Below, in pieces: positions 51,830 through 64,000 of a DNA stretch of 64,000 nucleotides (position 1 is the stretch's first letter; each line of letters begins with the position of its first letter). Below the pieces are notes generated by a model that did no database searches, was not told the DNA's origin, and saw only the letters and a program-made list of their open reading frames with translations. Both the position numbers and the translations under genes were made by a program. Origin of the DNA: Mobula hypostoma (taxonomy: Eukaryota); NCBI RefSeq assembly GCF_963921235.1, contig NC_086108.1:90770001-90834000 (forward strand). The letters run 5' to 3'.

Positions 51830-53390
51830 CCTTGAGCAGGGCCTTCTGTATACTGACTCAGGAAACTTTCCTGGACATATTTCACCAATTCCACTCTGTC
51901 CAGTCTGTTAACACTGTGGATGGCCTAGTCAATACTAAGAATTTTAAAATCTCCCACTAATACCACCCTATTATTCTTACAACTATGAGCAACTTCTCTA
52001 TAAACTTCTCAAGTTCATGCTGACAATTGGGGTGGAGGGGGGCCTATAATACAACCCCACTAGAGTGACCCTCGCCTTCTTGTTTCTAAGTTCTATCCAC
52101 ATTTCTAATGAAGGGTCTCCACCGAAAACATTAAGTGTTTATTCTTCTCCATGGAGGAGAGGAACTCAGCCTGACCTGCTTAGTTCCTCCAGAAATTTCT
52201 GTGTGTTACTCGGATTTCCATTATCTGCAGTATTTCTTATGTCACCCATATGACCTCACTGGAGGATCCCTGAAGAAGGTTGTCTCTAAGTACCGTTATT
52301 ATGTCCTCCCTTATCAAAAGGACTACACCTCCTCCTCATTTACCTGAATCTCTGTCACACCTGTAGCATCTGTCTCCTGAAATATTGAGCTGCCAGTTAT
52401 GCCTTACCATCCGCCGTGTTTTCATTATTCCTATAACATTGCAGTCCTCAGAGCCACTTCATGCTTTAATGTTGTCTTCCTTACCCGTTAAACCTTCTGC
52501 TGTATATTGAAATCAATGAAACCATAAGATATAGGAGCAGAGTTAGGCCATTAGGCCCACTAAGTCTGCTCTGCCATTTCATCATGGCTGATCCAATTTT
52601 CATCTCATACTTAATCTCCTGCCTTCTCCCTGTATCCCTTCAAGCCCTGCCCAATAAAGAATCTATCAATTTCTGCCTAAAATATACATGAAGACTTGGC
52701 CACCGCACTTCTCTGTAGCAAAGAATTCCACAGATTCACCGAATTCTAGCTAAAGAAATTTCTCCTCATCACTATACTAAAAGGACGCCCCTCTATTCTG
52801 AGGCTGCGTCCTCTGGTCGTAGACTTTCCCATCATAGGAAACATCCTCTCCACCTCCAGTCTATCAAGGCCTTTCATCATTCGATAGGTTTCAATGAGGT
52901 CTTCTGAATTCTAGTGAATACAGGCCAAGAGCCATTCATCGCTGTTCATATGACAAGCCACTCAATTGTGGATTCATTTTCGTGAACCTCCTTTCAGCAT
53001 ATCCTTTCTAAGATAAGGGACCCAGAACTGCTTACAATACTCCACCCATGACTCACAATACTCACCAGTGCTTTATAAAGTCTCAAAATGTTCATTTGTT
53101 GTGTATTGGATTCCCTGCCTTTACTGTGTCCCTGGCCATCCTGATGACTAGAACTGTTCTTGCCGACTACTGTTTTATCCCATAACTTGCTCCTGCTTAG
53201 AGTCCCACGCATCTGCCAATCTAGTTTAAACCTTCTCATATAGTAATAACATATTTCCCTGCAAGAATATTGGTCCCCTCTGGTTCAATTGCAATCCATT
53301 CCTCTTATACAGGTTGCTTCTACACCAAAAGAGATCCCTATGGTCCAAGAACATGAATCCCTGCTTCCTGCACCAGCTTTTCAGCCAAGT
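51830..53390 (-). mobile_element. Old CR1 (ORF1 end and endonuclease region) with a nested Penelope-type remnant (~52105-52240) and a second CR1 3' fragment (~52520-53090)
   Basis: 53220-53390 is the reverse-strand homologue of 40890-41062. ttaaaatctccc..ta and tataatacaacccc correspond to GDFN and GLYY. The inner CR1 aligns with 3180-3770. Confidence 0.75.
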
Positions 53391-54500
53391 TCTAACTGGG
53401 ATATTCTATTATGCATGTTCTGTATGTTTATTTAATAAAAGACAAGCATTAGGAAATCTTTAAAAAAAATAAGTCATTTCAAATCTATTTTAAATACAAT
53501 GCCTAGAAATTTACTATCTAAGAGGATTTCTCTATTGGTCTATTGCAAGTTCTCACAGCTGCAAGCAGTTAGCTCAGCAGCTGCGATCTTTATTTTCAAC
53601 CCTTCAGAAGACATACCCAGATGCAAACACCACTCTTCCAACAATAGTGAAGTATTGTTACTCAGTGAGTAGATGCAGAAACGTTGGGAGAGACTGAGGG
53701 AGTATCCTACAACCTTCAGGATGATTTGGTCAAACAGGAGTAGGATGCCACGCACAAGAGGCAGATTCTTTGTGCGGAGATACTCCAGGGCTGTAGCCAG
53801 GTGCTTCTCAGAGCAAATTGCCAGGAAAGTCTTCTGGCAGGAAGAACAGACACAAGCATCTGCTCATATTGCAAAGTTTAGGCACTACAAATAGTTTTGT
53901 GCAGGAACAGTCATAGCTAAACTTTGCAATGCGGGCAGTTGCCTGTGCCTGATCTTCCTGCTCCTATAAACTATAGGAGAAGTAGATGAACTCTTGATTA
54001 GGAATATAGCCAAAGAGCAGTAAGCAGAAAATTGGAAGATGTGGCAAAGGTCACAGGAAACAGTCTAGAAAGGTCACAAACCTAGCGAGCCAAGAGTGGC
54101 TTCCTTGGGCAGAACACTCCAGATATATGCTGATGCCTGTAATTGAGTAGCTTGCATAAATATGCCATTTCTGTCCTTGACTCTGGCACATCATGGCCAT
54201 AAAGCAAGAGTTTCGCTATATATATGAGAGCTAAATAAAGAGCAGCAATATGGTTCAATTACAGAGTGGTGCTCCTAAGCACCCTGTGCAGGAATATTCA
54301 GTAATCTGTTACACTTATTCAACAATTTACTTTTCTCAAAGCTGTCTGTGTTCATAAACTGACCATGGTCATTGCCTTTGTGTCAGAATGACAAATGGGG
54401 ACACAGATATTGTAATCTGCAGCAAAAGGCAAACTACTGGAGGAACCTGACTGTCCACTTCTGACAACACCTTCAGAGGGATATTTCAGTCTTCATCCTT

Positions 54501-54907
54501 TGTTGGGTCATGATGCACTTGAGAGCCAAAGGTTCTGTGGAAGTCAAGAATGAGGCATAAAACATATTGCTTACAACTGTTTTATTAAGTATTACAAAAA
54601 ACAAAGAACAATTAAAAAAGAGCCGAGAGAACATAAAGATGCTAAAGGAAAAAGCAGTCATGGTCATCTCAGACTCAGGCTAGAGATAATGAAATTCCAA
54701 TGATAACATATAACCTATAAAATAGCCAGATTCATGCCGTGCGACATCTGCTAAAGACAACTAAGAAGCCTCGAGAAAAATACAGTGGCAACCGTACTGT
54801 AAATGCTGGAAAATTCACTGAACAATTACATGTATATAAGTGATTATATAAAAATACAAACAAGCATAGGGAAGTTAAACTACAAATAAAATACAAGAAA
54901 AATAACA
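54501..54907. repeat. Old interspersed repeat, solo-LTR-like (copy 2)
   Basis: TGTTGG...AATAACA ends; colinear with 40097-40476. Confidence 0.7.
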
Positions 54908-56514
54908 TGTTCATCTGGAGGTCTACCTGGATGGCAATTGTCTGCTCATTGGTATTGAATATATGTATTTATCATATTGTACCCAAATCCTGATCCTGCA
55001 GGACACATAACTTTTAATAACCTGACCAGCTGTGGATGAAAGCCTGGTCCAGGTCTGTTAATGCACCTACTTCAACAATCACTTTAGGTTAGGTTTAAAT
55101 TATTTTAAATTCATTCAGTTGATTTGACCTTGATACGTATGGCCTGTGACCAGCAGCAGTTAATTGAAGCCTCACAGGTGTGTTTGGCCCTACTGCAGTA
55201 ATTAGTTAATTGTAGACAGCAGTGGCCAGCCGAGTGAAGCCAATTTAAAAGTAAGATCAAGAGTATTAAATCAGTCATTTGATGTGTCCTGCTCCGCCGT
55301 AGTTCAATTAGTTTAACAGTTGAAGAATAGCTCATTTCCTGGCAATCCTTCTCCACAATACTTGATTACGCTGATTCATGATTGGTTTTATGTTCAGGCT
55401 TATTTGGATTAACTTGTATAGATACTTCAATGCAATTTCACCTTGGCAAAGTTGAGGCAGTGTCCATTGCAGTCCGACGTATTTCACGCAAGTTCCAAAC
55501 TCTTGAAAGGATTTAGAGGGTTAAATACAGAGAAATTAACTCCTCTTAGGGAAGAATGAAAAACAAAACAGCAATATTTTAAAATTAAAATACTGAAGAG
55601 AAATCTGTTTTGAAGAGAAATCAAGAAGCGCTTTGTGCACAATGTCAGAGAGTAATGCAGCTTGGACAGAGATTCTTCAACCCACTGACTCCATGCTGAC
55701 CACAAAACACGCATTTGCACTAACCATACTTTAATCCTATTTTGTTCATCCCATATTTCCATCAACCTCTCCCAGATGTTATCAGTCACCTACATATTAA
55801 GGATAATTAACAGTAGTTTGTTAATTTACCAACCCACACATCTTTATATTTGAGGAGGAAAGTGGGGGACCTGGGCAAACTTACGCAGTTACAAGGAAAT
55901 TGAGCAAACTCCACATAGACAATACTGGCAGTCAAAATCGAACCAGGGTCGTAAGAGCTGTGAGACAACAGCTCTATGTGACACTCATAAAGGGGTGGAA
56001 GCGTGGATTTTCTGTCCCAAAAGTTAAATCTTTCAACGCTGGGGTCAATCAGTTCCTGTTCGGTGGTTTATCAACAAGTTTAACGTGATTTGACCATTAG
56101 ATCTGGACATTGCTAGCAGTTACTGCTCATCATTAATTGTCCCTGACCTGAGGGGACAGATGAGAGCCAATCACATCAGTGGGTCTGGAATCACGGTAGG
56201 CCGGACTTGGTGAGGACAGTAGATTCCATTCACTGAGGGACGACACCAGGTGGAATTCTAGGTTTAATCAAATATTTCAATTTAACTCCAACAGGTTAAT
56301 GTCCCAGCCCTCTGGATGCTAGTTAAGTTATAGGTAAATAGATTGAATGCACATAGTAAGAACGGATGACCTGAAAGTTAGCATTAAATGCTTGAAAACT
56401 GAATGGCCCATGCCCAATGTTTCAGTGCTGCAGGGCATGCCTCAGATTTCAGTAGTAGTTCGAACTTGGTATAAATAATTTCTGTTCATACAACCAAATC
56501 AAAAGTGCAGATCA

Positions 56515-56650
56515 CAAACACAAGATTCTGCAGATGCTGCAAATCCAAGCAACACACACAAGATGCTGCAGTAACTTAGCAGATCAGGCAGTGTTTCTGG
56601 AGAAGAGTAAACTGTTGATATTTTGGGATGAGACCCTTTATCAGGACTCC
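56515..56650 (-). mobile_element. Penelope-type terminal-repeat remnant
   Basis: The reverse complement AGTCCTGATAAAGGGTCTCATCCCAAAATATCAACAG is homologous to 17658-17693. Confidence 0.65.
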
Positions 56651-57655
56651 AAACCAGATGCTGCCAAGCCAAACAGAATTTAGGATGGCTAGCACAGGAA
56701 TTAAAGAATGTGTTGGACTAAATATATCTGTAGACATAATAAAAGCAATTGAAATCTAATGTCATAAAATGCTATAGCTAAATGTCATGCAGGCTAGTGT
56801 ATATGAGGGAGGAAGTAATGATCAACCCTTATAAAGCTCTGGTCAGACCACATCTGTTCTTTACATTTTAAACTGCATATTACATCTGTTTCTGGTCACC
56901 GAAAAATAAAATAGACATCTAATTACTGGAGGCAATGAAGCAAAAGCAACCAGATTAACCCTCTGTTTCAGTGTCTTACGAGTGATAGATGGAGAAGCAA
57001 GGTTTTCAGGTCAGAGGTTGATATTTGAGAAGCACAGTTATGGAGCCTGTGGAGCATCAGGTGAGTTTCACCGGAGTAAGATACTTCATCCATCGTGGTG
57101 GTTCTTCCTCAGGCTGCCCTACAATTCTCCACATTGTTGTGACTGTCAAACTCCCTCTGTAGATAATCCAGCTAACCCCAGCAATTCCCCCATGCACATC
57201 CAATCCTTTGAATGGAGAAACCCCTCCACCTACCCAATCTACTAATTCATTGGAAGGTTGACTCCAGCCTTTCAGGTGTCAGTATGTTTACCTTTGACAT
57301 CCTCCTAACTCCCAGCTTCAACCCTTGACTTTGTTTCTGGATGCTGGTTTTCTCTGACATCCATTATCCCAGTTCCTTTTGACAATCCATCTCCATTTCC
57401 TTTGGACTGCCCATCCAAATGTCTTTGCAACTTCTAATCCCTACTATTTGCATCTTCCATCCCCAACCCCCCACAGAATACCCTGTCCCCAAAACACTGA
57501 AAGTAACATGGGCACAGAATGTATTTCAAGTGAGGCAATGATGTACCCATCAGTAAGAATGGCTAAGAAGCACTGTCATAGACTCAGCACCTCAAGTCCC
57601 AACGGACATAACAACCAGGCAAAGTCTGAGGCAGACAGCATGTGAAATAATCTAA

Positions 57656-58148
57656 AGGCTGAATTATACTTGTGCATCAAATGGACGCCGTAGCCTATGC
57701 AAGTGGCCTACGTGCGTTGTGAGCATTTATACTTGTGTGTTGGTGTGTCTGCATCGCTCTGCAATTCGGGCGCATCGTGCATGCGCACACACCTGCCCGT
57801 GCAAGGCTTCATGGTCATGGTAGTCTTTCTCGGGGTAAACAAGTTTAAAGCGAGCGTCTTTTTTCGTAAAAGCGAAATGTGTCCTCCATAATTTTGGAGG
57901 TCTGTAAAACTTTATGGAAAGCATTGCAGCCAGAGTTCCTTCCCTGCCCTTCAGCCGCCCAATGGGAAGCTATTGCAGCGTAGGAGGAAATGCGATGCTA
58001 CCAAGCGGACCAATCACAGTTGCTCGGTCTTCATTGCCGCGACGCGCAGTTACATTTTGGGAGATGTGCGCGTCAGGCTACGGCGTAGGGATCCGCGTAG
58101 GGTTCACGGCTTACGGCGTGGAGTTGACGCAGAAGTATAAATTAGCCT
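57656..58148. mobile_element. MITE with TIRs, PIF/Harbinger-like, 493 bp, CpG-rich
   Basis: Left end AGGCTGAATTATACTTGTGCATCAA; reverse complement of the right end AGGCTAATTTATACTTCTGCGTCAA. Both also carry ACGCCGTA further in. Flanks TAA / CTA are only a weak 3-bp TSD candidate. Confidence 0.82.
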
Positions 58149-58609
58149 CTAGGGTTAAACCTACTTGACCCCATCCTCGGCAGTTATCCTGTAACAGATG
58201 TATCAGTCCACGATCTCATGGTAAAAGTGGTCACCATGCTGTCCACATGGAAACTAAGTTCTGTCTTCACATCATAGATTTGCTCCTACGTTTGTGATGG
58301 AATGGACATAGGGGATATCTGACTGGCGATATATCGATGTAGGAGAGTTCAAATCTGTGCATCTATGAAGCAAAGTGGAACAACAGCAGGAGGTGAAATG
58401 TGTATCAACACAATCTGAAACCTCATGGCCCTTTTCAACACTCATTCTACCCTTACCATCAAGCCCAATGCATCGATCCTGGTGTAGAGGAGCATGCCAG
58501 GTCAAGTTACAACACAAGGTGACAACCTTACTAAACAGCAAAAATAAAGTACCAGAAGGATAGAGCCAAGCACTCTCATAAGCCATAGGTCAAAGCTCCA
58601 CAGTCCTGC

Positions 58610-58890
58610 CACACAGCACAATGCTTTAGAGTACCGGTGACCCTGGTTCAATTCCTGCCACTGCCTGTAAGGAGTTTGTGTGTTTTCCCCATGACCATGT
58701 AGGTTTCCTCTAGATGCTCCAGTTTTCTCCCATAGTCCAAAGAAGCACTGGTTGGAAGGTTAATTAATTGGTCATTGTAAACTGACCTGTAATTAGGCCA
58801 GGATTAAATCAGGGGATTTCTGGCTGCCGCAGCTGGAAGGGCTTGAAAGACCTATTCCGCACTGTATGTTATTAAATAAAAAAAATATCT
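58610..58890 (+). mobile_element. V-SINE (HE1-like); further degraded copies at ~59005-59290 (+) and ~55740-55980 (-)
   Basis: Box B ggttcaattcc, V-domain-like core and aaataaaaaaaa tail. Confidence 0.78.
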
Positions 58891-59379
58891 GGCCATGAAT
58901 GATGGTCCACAAACTGCAAGGATAGCCCCACCCCGGCGTCCGAGTGCTAAGTAATTGGTGAAAGCATTGCCTACCTTGTTCAGTCAAAGGCTGTAGGAAG
59001 CACATAGATGCAGCTAGTAGAGCCACTTCTTCACACCACCAGAGAGTCCTATTCAATTCCGACTTCAGTCACTATCCACATGGAATTTACAAATCCTCGG
59101 TGTGGCCATGTAGGTCTCGCAGGGTGCCTTAGTTTTCTCCCACAGCCCAAAGATGTGGCAGGTTATTGGTTAACTGGCTGCCGTAAATTACCCCTAGTGC
59201 ACAGATGAGTGGTAGAATCTGGTGGGAACTGTTAAGAATGTGGATAACTTAAAACAGAGGATTAATGTAGGATTAGAGTAAATGGGTGTTAATAGTCCAC
59301 ACAGAAACCAGTCTTCAGCTAATTCAACTCATAGAGGTATGATATCAAGAAATAAATTTGAGCACTGGGTATATCACAG

Positions 59380-60180
59380 GTTATTCCCCAGCTCTGATGC
59401 TGAAGAACTAGTAACATATCTAACCAAGCTCTTCCAATACAGTCACAGTGCACACATCTATGTGACAGTGTGGACAATTGAGCAACACACAATCTGCTGG
59501 AAGAACTCTGACGGGTTGAACAGCATTGGTATTAAGAAAAAATTATCGATGTTTGGCTGATTTTCTGGCCAAAACTTCGCATTATGCAGGCCTAAAACAT
59601 TCAGATTCATTTATTTACCACATGACCATTGAAGCATACAGTGAAATGGCATAGTTTGTGTCAACAATCAACACAACCTAACGATTTGATGAGGGCAGCC
59701 CGCTAGTGTTTCCACACATTCTGATGCCAACATAGCATGCCCACACTGCTTGGTAGAACACTGAACACAATGAAATATTTTATTTCCTCCCATTGTTTCT
59801 GTTTGATCTGCTGATTTCTTTGAGCAGATTTTGTGTTGCTCCATATTTCCAGCATCTTCAGTCTCTTGCGTATCGAGTGTGAAAAACTGTCCAGATACGT
59901 CCAGTTCGTAACTAATATAGCTAATTCATTGACCAATCTAGACTCATCGCAATCATCAGCAAAGTGGCAGATGGTTTTATGGACTGCGCTTGCAGATGAC
60001 ACTACTTCTCCAACAACCTGATCACCGATGATTGATTTGGGTTTTGTCCGGCTCCTGCTCATGTCACAGCTTTGCATCAAAAACAGACTGAAGAGCTAAA
60101 GTCCAGAAATGAGATGAAGGCAGCATTTTAACTGAGTGAGGCATTAACATGTCCTGGGATATTTGATGTTAGAGGACATC
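59380..60180 (+). mobile_element. Fragments of an ancient CR1/L2-group LINE RT, interrupted by younger repeats
   Basis: EELVTYLTKLFQYSHSAHIYVTVW resembles the pre-RT EL..PL.KLF.......P..WK motif. caatcatcagcaaagtg and aacaacctgatcaccgatg...tttgggttt fit S..SK and NL..D.QFGF. Confidence 0.55.
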
Positions 60181-60869
60181 AAGGGGAAAAACACACAGAA
60201 AATGCTGGAGGAGCTCAGCAGGTCAGGCAGCATTTATGGAGAGGAATAAACAAACAAAATTTCAGGCTGAGACCTTTCAGCTGGACTCACGTTGAAGGGA
60301 CAAATGCATTGGAGGTGCAAATTTACCAATATGGGTGTCAATTCTTGCCCCTTGCAGTCAGTCATAAGCCGTCCTTCTAACTCCATTACTATGGCAAAAT
60401 CATTGGTTTCAAGATATTTAGAGCTTTGACTTACTGAAGTATTCAAATTTTAAACCCGAATTCCACTTTCTGTTACCATTTCAGAAGATTCCCTTGTCAA
60501 TATTAAAAAAACCTATGAAAAGGAAATTTAAAGTGTATCTCTTAAATCTTGCTTTATAAACTTTCTAGTGTTGATGAATACATTGCCCTTTACTTGTTTC
60601 TGAATTTGTGAAGGTTATCCTTTTTATTCCGTCTACTGCAGATTGTCTTGTCTACCAGTTCACCTGGCTGGCTGTCACAGTGACTGTCTGTTTATTGTTC
60701 TGGAAAGGAGCCCATCCCAATTCCTTCTGCCTCATTTAGGACAGACGCAATGCTAAAATTTACCAGCTGGAAATCTGGTTATCTTTCTTTCAGCCAATTA
60801 AGGAATGGAAAATGCCATTTTTCAAAAAGTTTTGGGACAATTAATTAGCGGAGCTCAAGAATAACAGGA

Positions 60870-61380
60870 GTGGCTAAGTATAAAGGATTGTGATGACTGC
60901 TGAGAGGATCATCAGGGTCTCTCTTCTACCCATCCGAGATATTTATCAGGAATTCTGCATACGTAGGGCCCTTAGGTTTGTCAAGGTTTCCTCCCAGCTG
61001 ACCCACAATCTCTTTTGACTTCCTACCATTGGGTAGGAGGTACCATGGCATTAGAACAAGAACTGTTAAGAAGGGAAGCAGCTTCTTCCCACTGGCAGCA
61101 AGAGCACTGAACTTCTGCCACCACCCAGGTCTCATCACGTATGAAGTGCCAGTAGTGTTAGACTTTTACTGTTTAACTTGTGCTGTAAATGCTCCTTTTG
61201 CTAAATGTCAGTCTTCTGGAATATATTTTATTTGTTGATTTATTTGTTGTAATATTACTTTGTTTGTGGTGGATGAGTTATATGTACTGCGTTGTGCAAC
61301 TTGGTTTGGAGGAACGTTGTTTCGTTTGGTGATATACGTGCATACAGTTGAATGGCAATAAACTTAATCTTGAACTGGAA
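60870..61380 (+). mobile_element. Rex1/Babar-type LINE 3' fragment
   Basis: Homologous to 32780-33000 (ctgagaggatcat..gggtctc; tttgactt..taccatt). AATAAA and a CTTGAA tail. Confidence 0.8.
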
Positions 61381-61432
61381 ATCAACTTGAAATCAACTGA
61401 AGTTATTTTATATTAAGAGAGGAGATATGTAG

Positions 61433-62241
61433 TGTTACGTACCCCATAACTTGGTTGCCAAACCAGCAGAAATGGAACACTCGTTGGAGTCTGTGATTAC
61501 TAGGAACTAATAAAGTTTTATTAAAGAAATAAGTAATACAGTACACTAATCGCAAAGATATAAATGTAACAGGTTAGCAATGATAATGCACACATATACC
61601 CAGAAATAGGGTGATAGGAATCAACCAAGCTCTCTCGCAGTCTAGGGGTAAAATGATCAGTCTTAAGTGAAGCGGAGTTCAGTTCAGTTTAGTGCAGTTC
61701 GAAGCAATCGCTGTTGTTGTACCGTTGGGGGGGAGAGAGAGAGAGTGAGAGATGCAGTTGGTTTCGGGCAGACCTTTTGATGTCTTCTGATCCCGCTGTG
61801 GTCACCAACTGTGACCCCTCCGTTCCAGATACGATTGTTCTTCTGCGGTGAACCCGGCACCCAGGCAAGGGCGGACACACACCCCAGGTTCCCACTGATC
61901 ATACCTTTACACTCTGTGAGCCTCTGACAAATTCCTGCGAACCGGTCCTCCAAATTCCCACCAACTTGTGGGGGCACACTGCTCTTTCCAGGGTCTTGTG
62001 GTGTGTCTCGTGCCTCAACAAACCTGCTCTTTTTATCCCCCTGCTGGTGTATCACCTGTCCATCAAAATTCAAACAGTTCAGGTTCAAAGCAAACGGTCC
62101 GTCTATATCTGAATTGTGTTTCTTTCTCATTAATCTCTCTCTTCTCTCTTATTGGCATTTTGAATGTTTCTCCATTGTCTTCCATTAACTCTCTCATTAG
62201 CATCATCCGTCTGGTAGCTCTGCTTGGCGTCACACATGACA
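61433..62241 (-). mobile_element. Solo LTR, 809 bp, Gypsy- or ERV-type
   Basis: TGTTACGT...ACATGACA ends (TG...CA, imperfect inverted termini). Perfect 4-bp TSD GTAG at 61429-61432 and 62242-62245. Strand is inferred from TTTATT near the left end. Confidence 0.88.
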
Positions 62242-63834
62242 GTAGAAAAAGGATAATCTGTGGCTGACTACTGATCAGGAAAGGGGTTAATGGAATTTCT
62301 TATACTGGCTCCTGGTTATGATGTGAATACTGTATATAGTCAGGATCAAAAGTAACTTCAGGTTTGTAAGCAGTGCTGGTTCTACATCAATAACATGCGT
62401 AGTCGATACTTGTTGTGACCTTGATGTTGTGTACCAGTCTCAGTACAAGGTAATTAAATTCACATACAACATTAGGCTAAGGGTGGGTTTGCATTCCAAG
62501 GGCACAGCCAAGTATTTCAAGGTAAATTTATAACAGTTTGCACCCTGCACTGACAAATAGCATTCAGAGTATAATGTACAGGAAGTGAAAATAGGAGACA
62601 CGTACACCATGGATGAGATTAAATTTCTCTGAGATAGGAGTTGAAAGGCATGTCGAGGAACTGAAAAATCACCATGTCTAAATTGTACGAGGGAGGACTA
62701 ATCGCAGCAAGGAGGATGATTTGGATTATTGCAAAATTGTTTAGTTGAAATCCCTCTTGCTGGAGCTGAACAAAGCCTTGGGCAGACCACACTGGGAGCT
62801 TATAGTGAAATTTAGGGAAGCTGAGCCCTTGATGAAATGTACCTGCACCTCTGTGTCATAGCAGAGTGTACTAAATATCCTCAAGGTCTGTTTAGATAGT
62901 GCCCTTCAATTCTGCCCTTCAAATGCTGCTTCTTACCAGCAAAGCACATATTTGTGTAGTAACTGGTCTAATACTACTGAAGTTTTAGACCACTCATTAA
63001 ATTGTTAGGTTTCCTATTTTCGTTCCAATCCTCTATTCATCTGGAATGTGTTTTTAAAACAGAATGAAGTTTCCAAGGATGTTGGACATTCAATAGTGGT
63101 TTACAAAGGAGAATCTGATGTAGAAAAAAAGGAAATAGCTGCAGATTGAATGAGAAAGGCCAAATAGTAGGGGGTGGGGGGAGGGAGGACGAATTAGATT
63201 GCTCCTTCACAGATTTAGCAGAAGGACATTGTGCCAATTGCAGTATGATCCCACGGAAACCCAATCAGCATGTCCTCTGATTGTTCATTGTTTGCATTGG
63301 ACAATCAAAGTATTAGTCTGAAATGGTTACTTCTTCTGCAATGTGTGGGAAATTAGAAGCTACTTCTATTTAAAGAAGCAGAACATTTTAAGTATTCCTG
63401 GAAAGATTAGTCAATTTTTGATTGTCGGTGTTTCTTTTTTACTTATAATTGTGTCCATTGACATTCTAGCTGATTTTATGTAGATTTTGTGATCTTGAAG
63501 GTGGAACAATATAGACAAATAAAAGGAGATTGTGAGACACAGCATTTGGTAGTGGAATAGGGTAATGTGCTGTAATACTCTGTGGGCATCTTGTCACCAC
63601 ACTTCGAGAAATAACTTGTGTTAAATCCAATTGTACCAGACCTGGTAATCTCATAGATATATACAGTCCAGGGAACTCTACCTGTTAAAAGCTTACCCTG
63701 GAGAATTCTGTAGCCATCCTTCCAGGTGGAGGTAATAATTTGTACTGTGCCTGACCAATGTTCCCATTGGTGTTTGGCTGTCAGCATTCCTGGCCAATTG
63801 TATTACTTCTGTTGCCACACATTCCAAAAAATCA

Positions 63835-64000
63835 GGTATTGCTCATAAAAGCAGAAGAGAGGGTATATAATATTGCAGAAATTAGTGGGAAAGCTAAGAA
63901 TTGGGAAACTTTTCAAAGTTAACTGAAGTCAACTAAAAAAGTCGCAGAGAGAGAAAAGATGAAACATGGAAGTAAGCTAGCCAATAAAATGAAAAAGAGT
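63835..64000 (+). mobile_element. CR1 ORF2 linker fragment running off the window end
   Basis: Purine-rich ...AYN.A..SGK..W..F...EKMK...KLA pattern typical of the CR1 endonuclease-RT linker. Confidence 0.55.

Noticed and set aside
51168..64000. DPYD exon 14 equivalent
   Set aside because: I saw no DIVTNVSPRI...SFLNIELISEK-like sequence. It is probably downstream, though an exon this short could fall below the ORF-track cutoff.
1..64000. CRISPR array, prokaryotic operon or retron-type RT system
   Set aside because: There are no regularly spaced repeats or gene-dense regions. All RT fragments are eukaryotic non-LTR retrotransposon relics within spliceosomal introns.

Overview
This window is eukaryotic vertebrate genomic DNA. 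Its repeat content (CR1 LINEs, V-SINE/HE1-like SINEs, Rex1/Babar, Penelope-type remnants) suggests a cartilaginous fish, possibly a ray; that assignment is an inference. The window lies inside the + strand gene for dihydropyrimidine dehydrogenase (DPYD). It contains only two coding exons: 26652-26836 (185 bp) and 50952-51167 (216 bp). They match human DPYD exons 12 and 13 in length, phase and sequence. The rest is intron: more than 26 kb upstream, 24.1 kb between the exons and more than 12.8 kb downstream. The introns are packed with decayed transposable elements, including nested CR1s, solo LTRs, Tc1, hAT and Harbinger-like MITEs, SINEs, bipartite non-autonomous LINEs and Penelope-type remnants with hammerhead-ribozyme architecture. 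Several repeat-free, homeodomain-motif-rich islands look like conserved non-coding elements. Nearly all other listed ORFs are TE fragments or chance ORFs. I found no intact novel gene, operon, CRISPR array or other demonstrably new system. The best leads are the hammerhead-shaped repeat family with its fold-back copies and the candidate enhancers. Repeat boundaries are approximate unless TSDs or TIRs are quoted.
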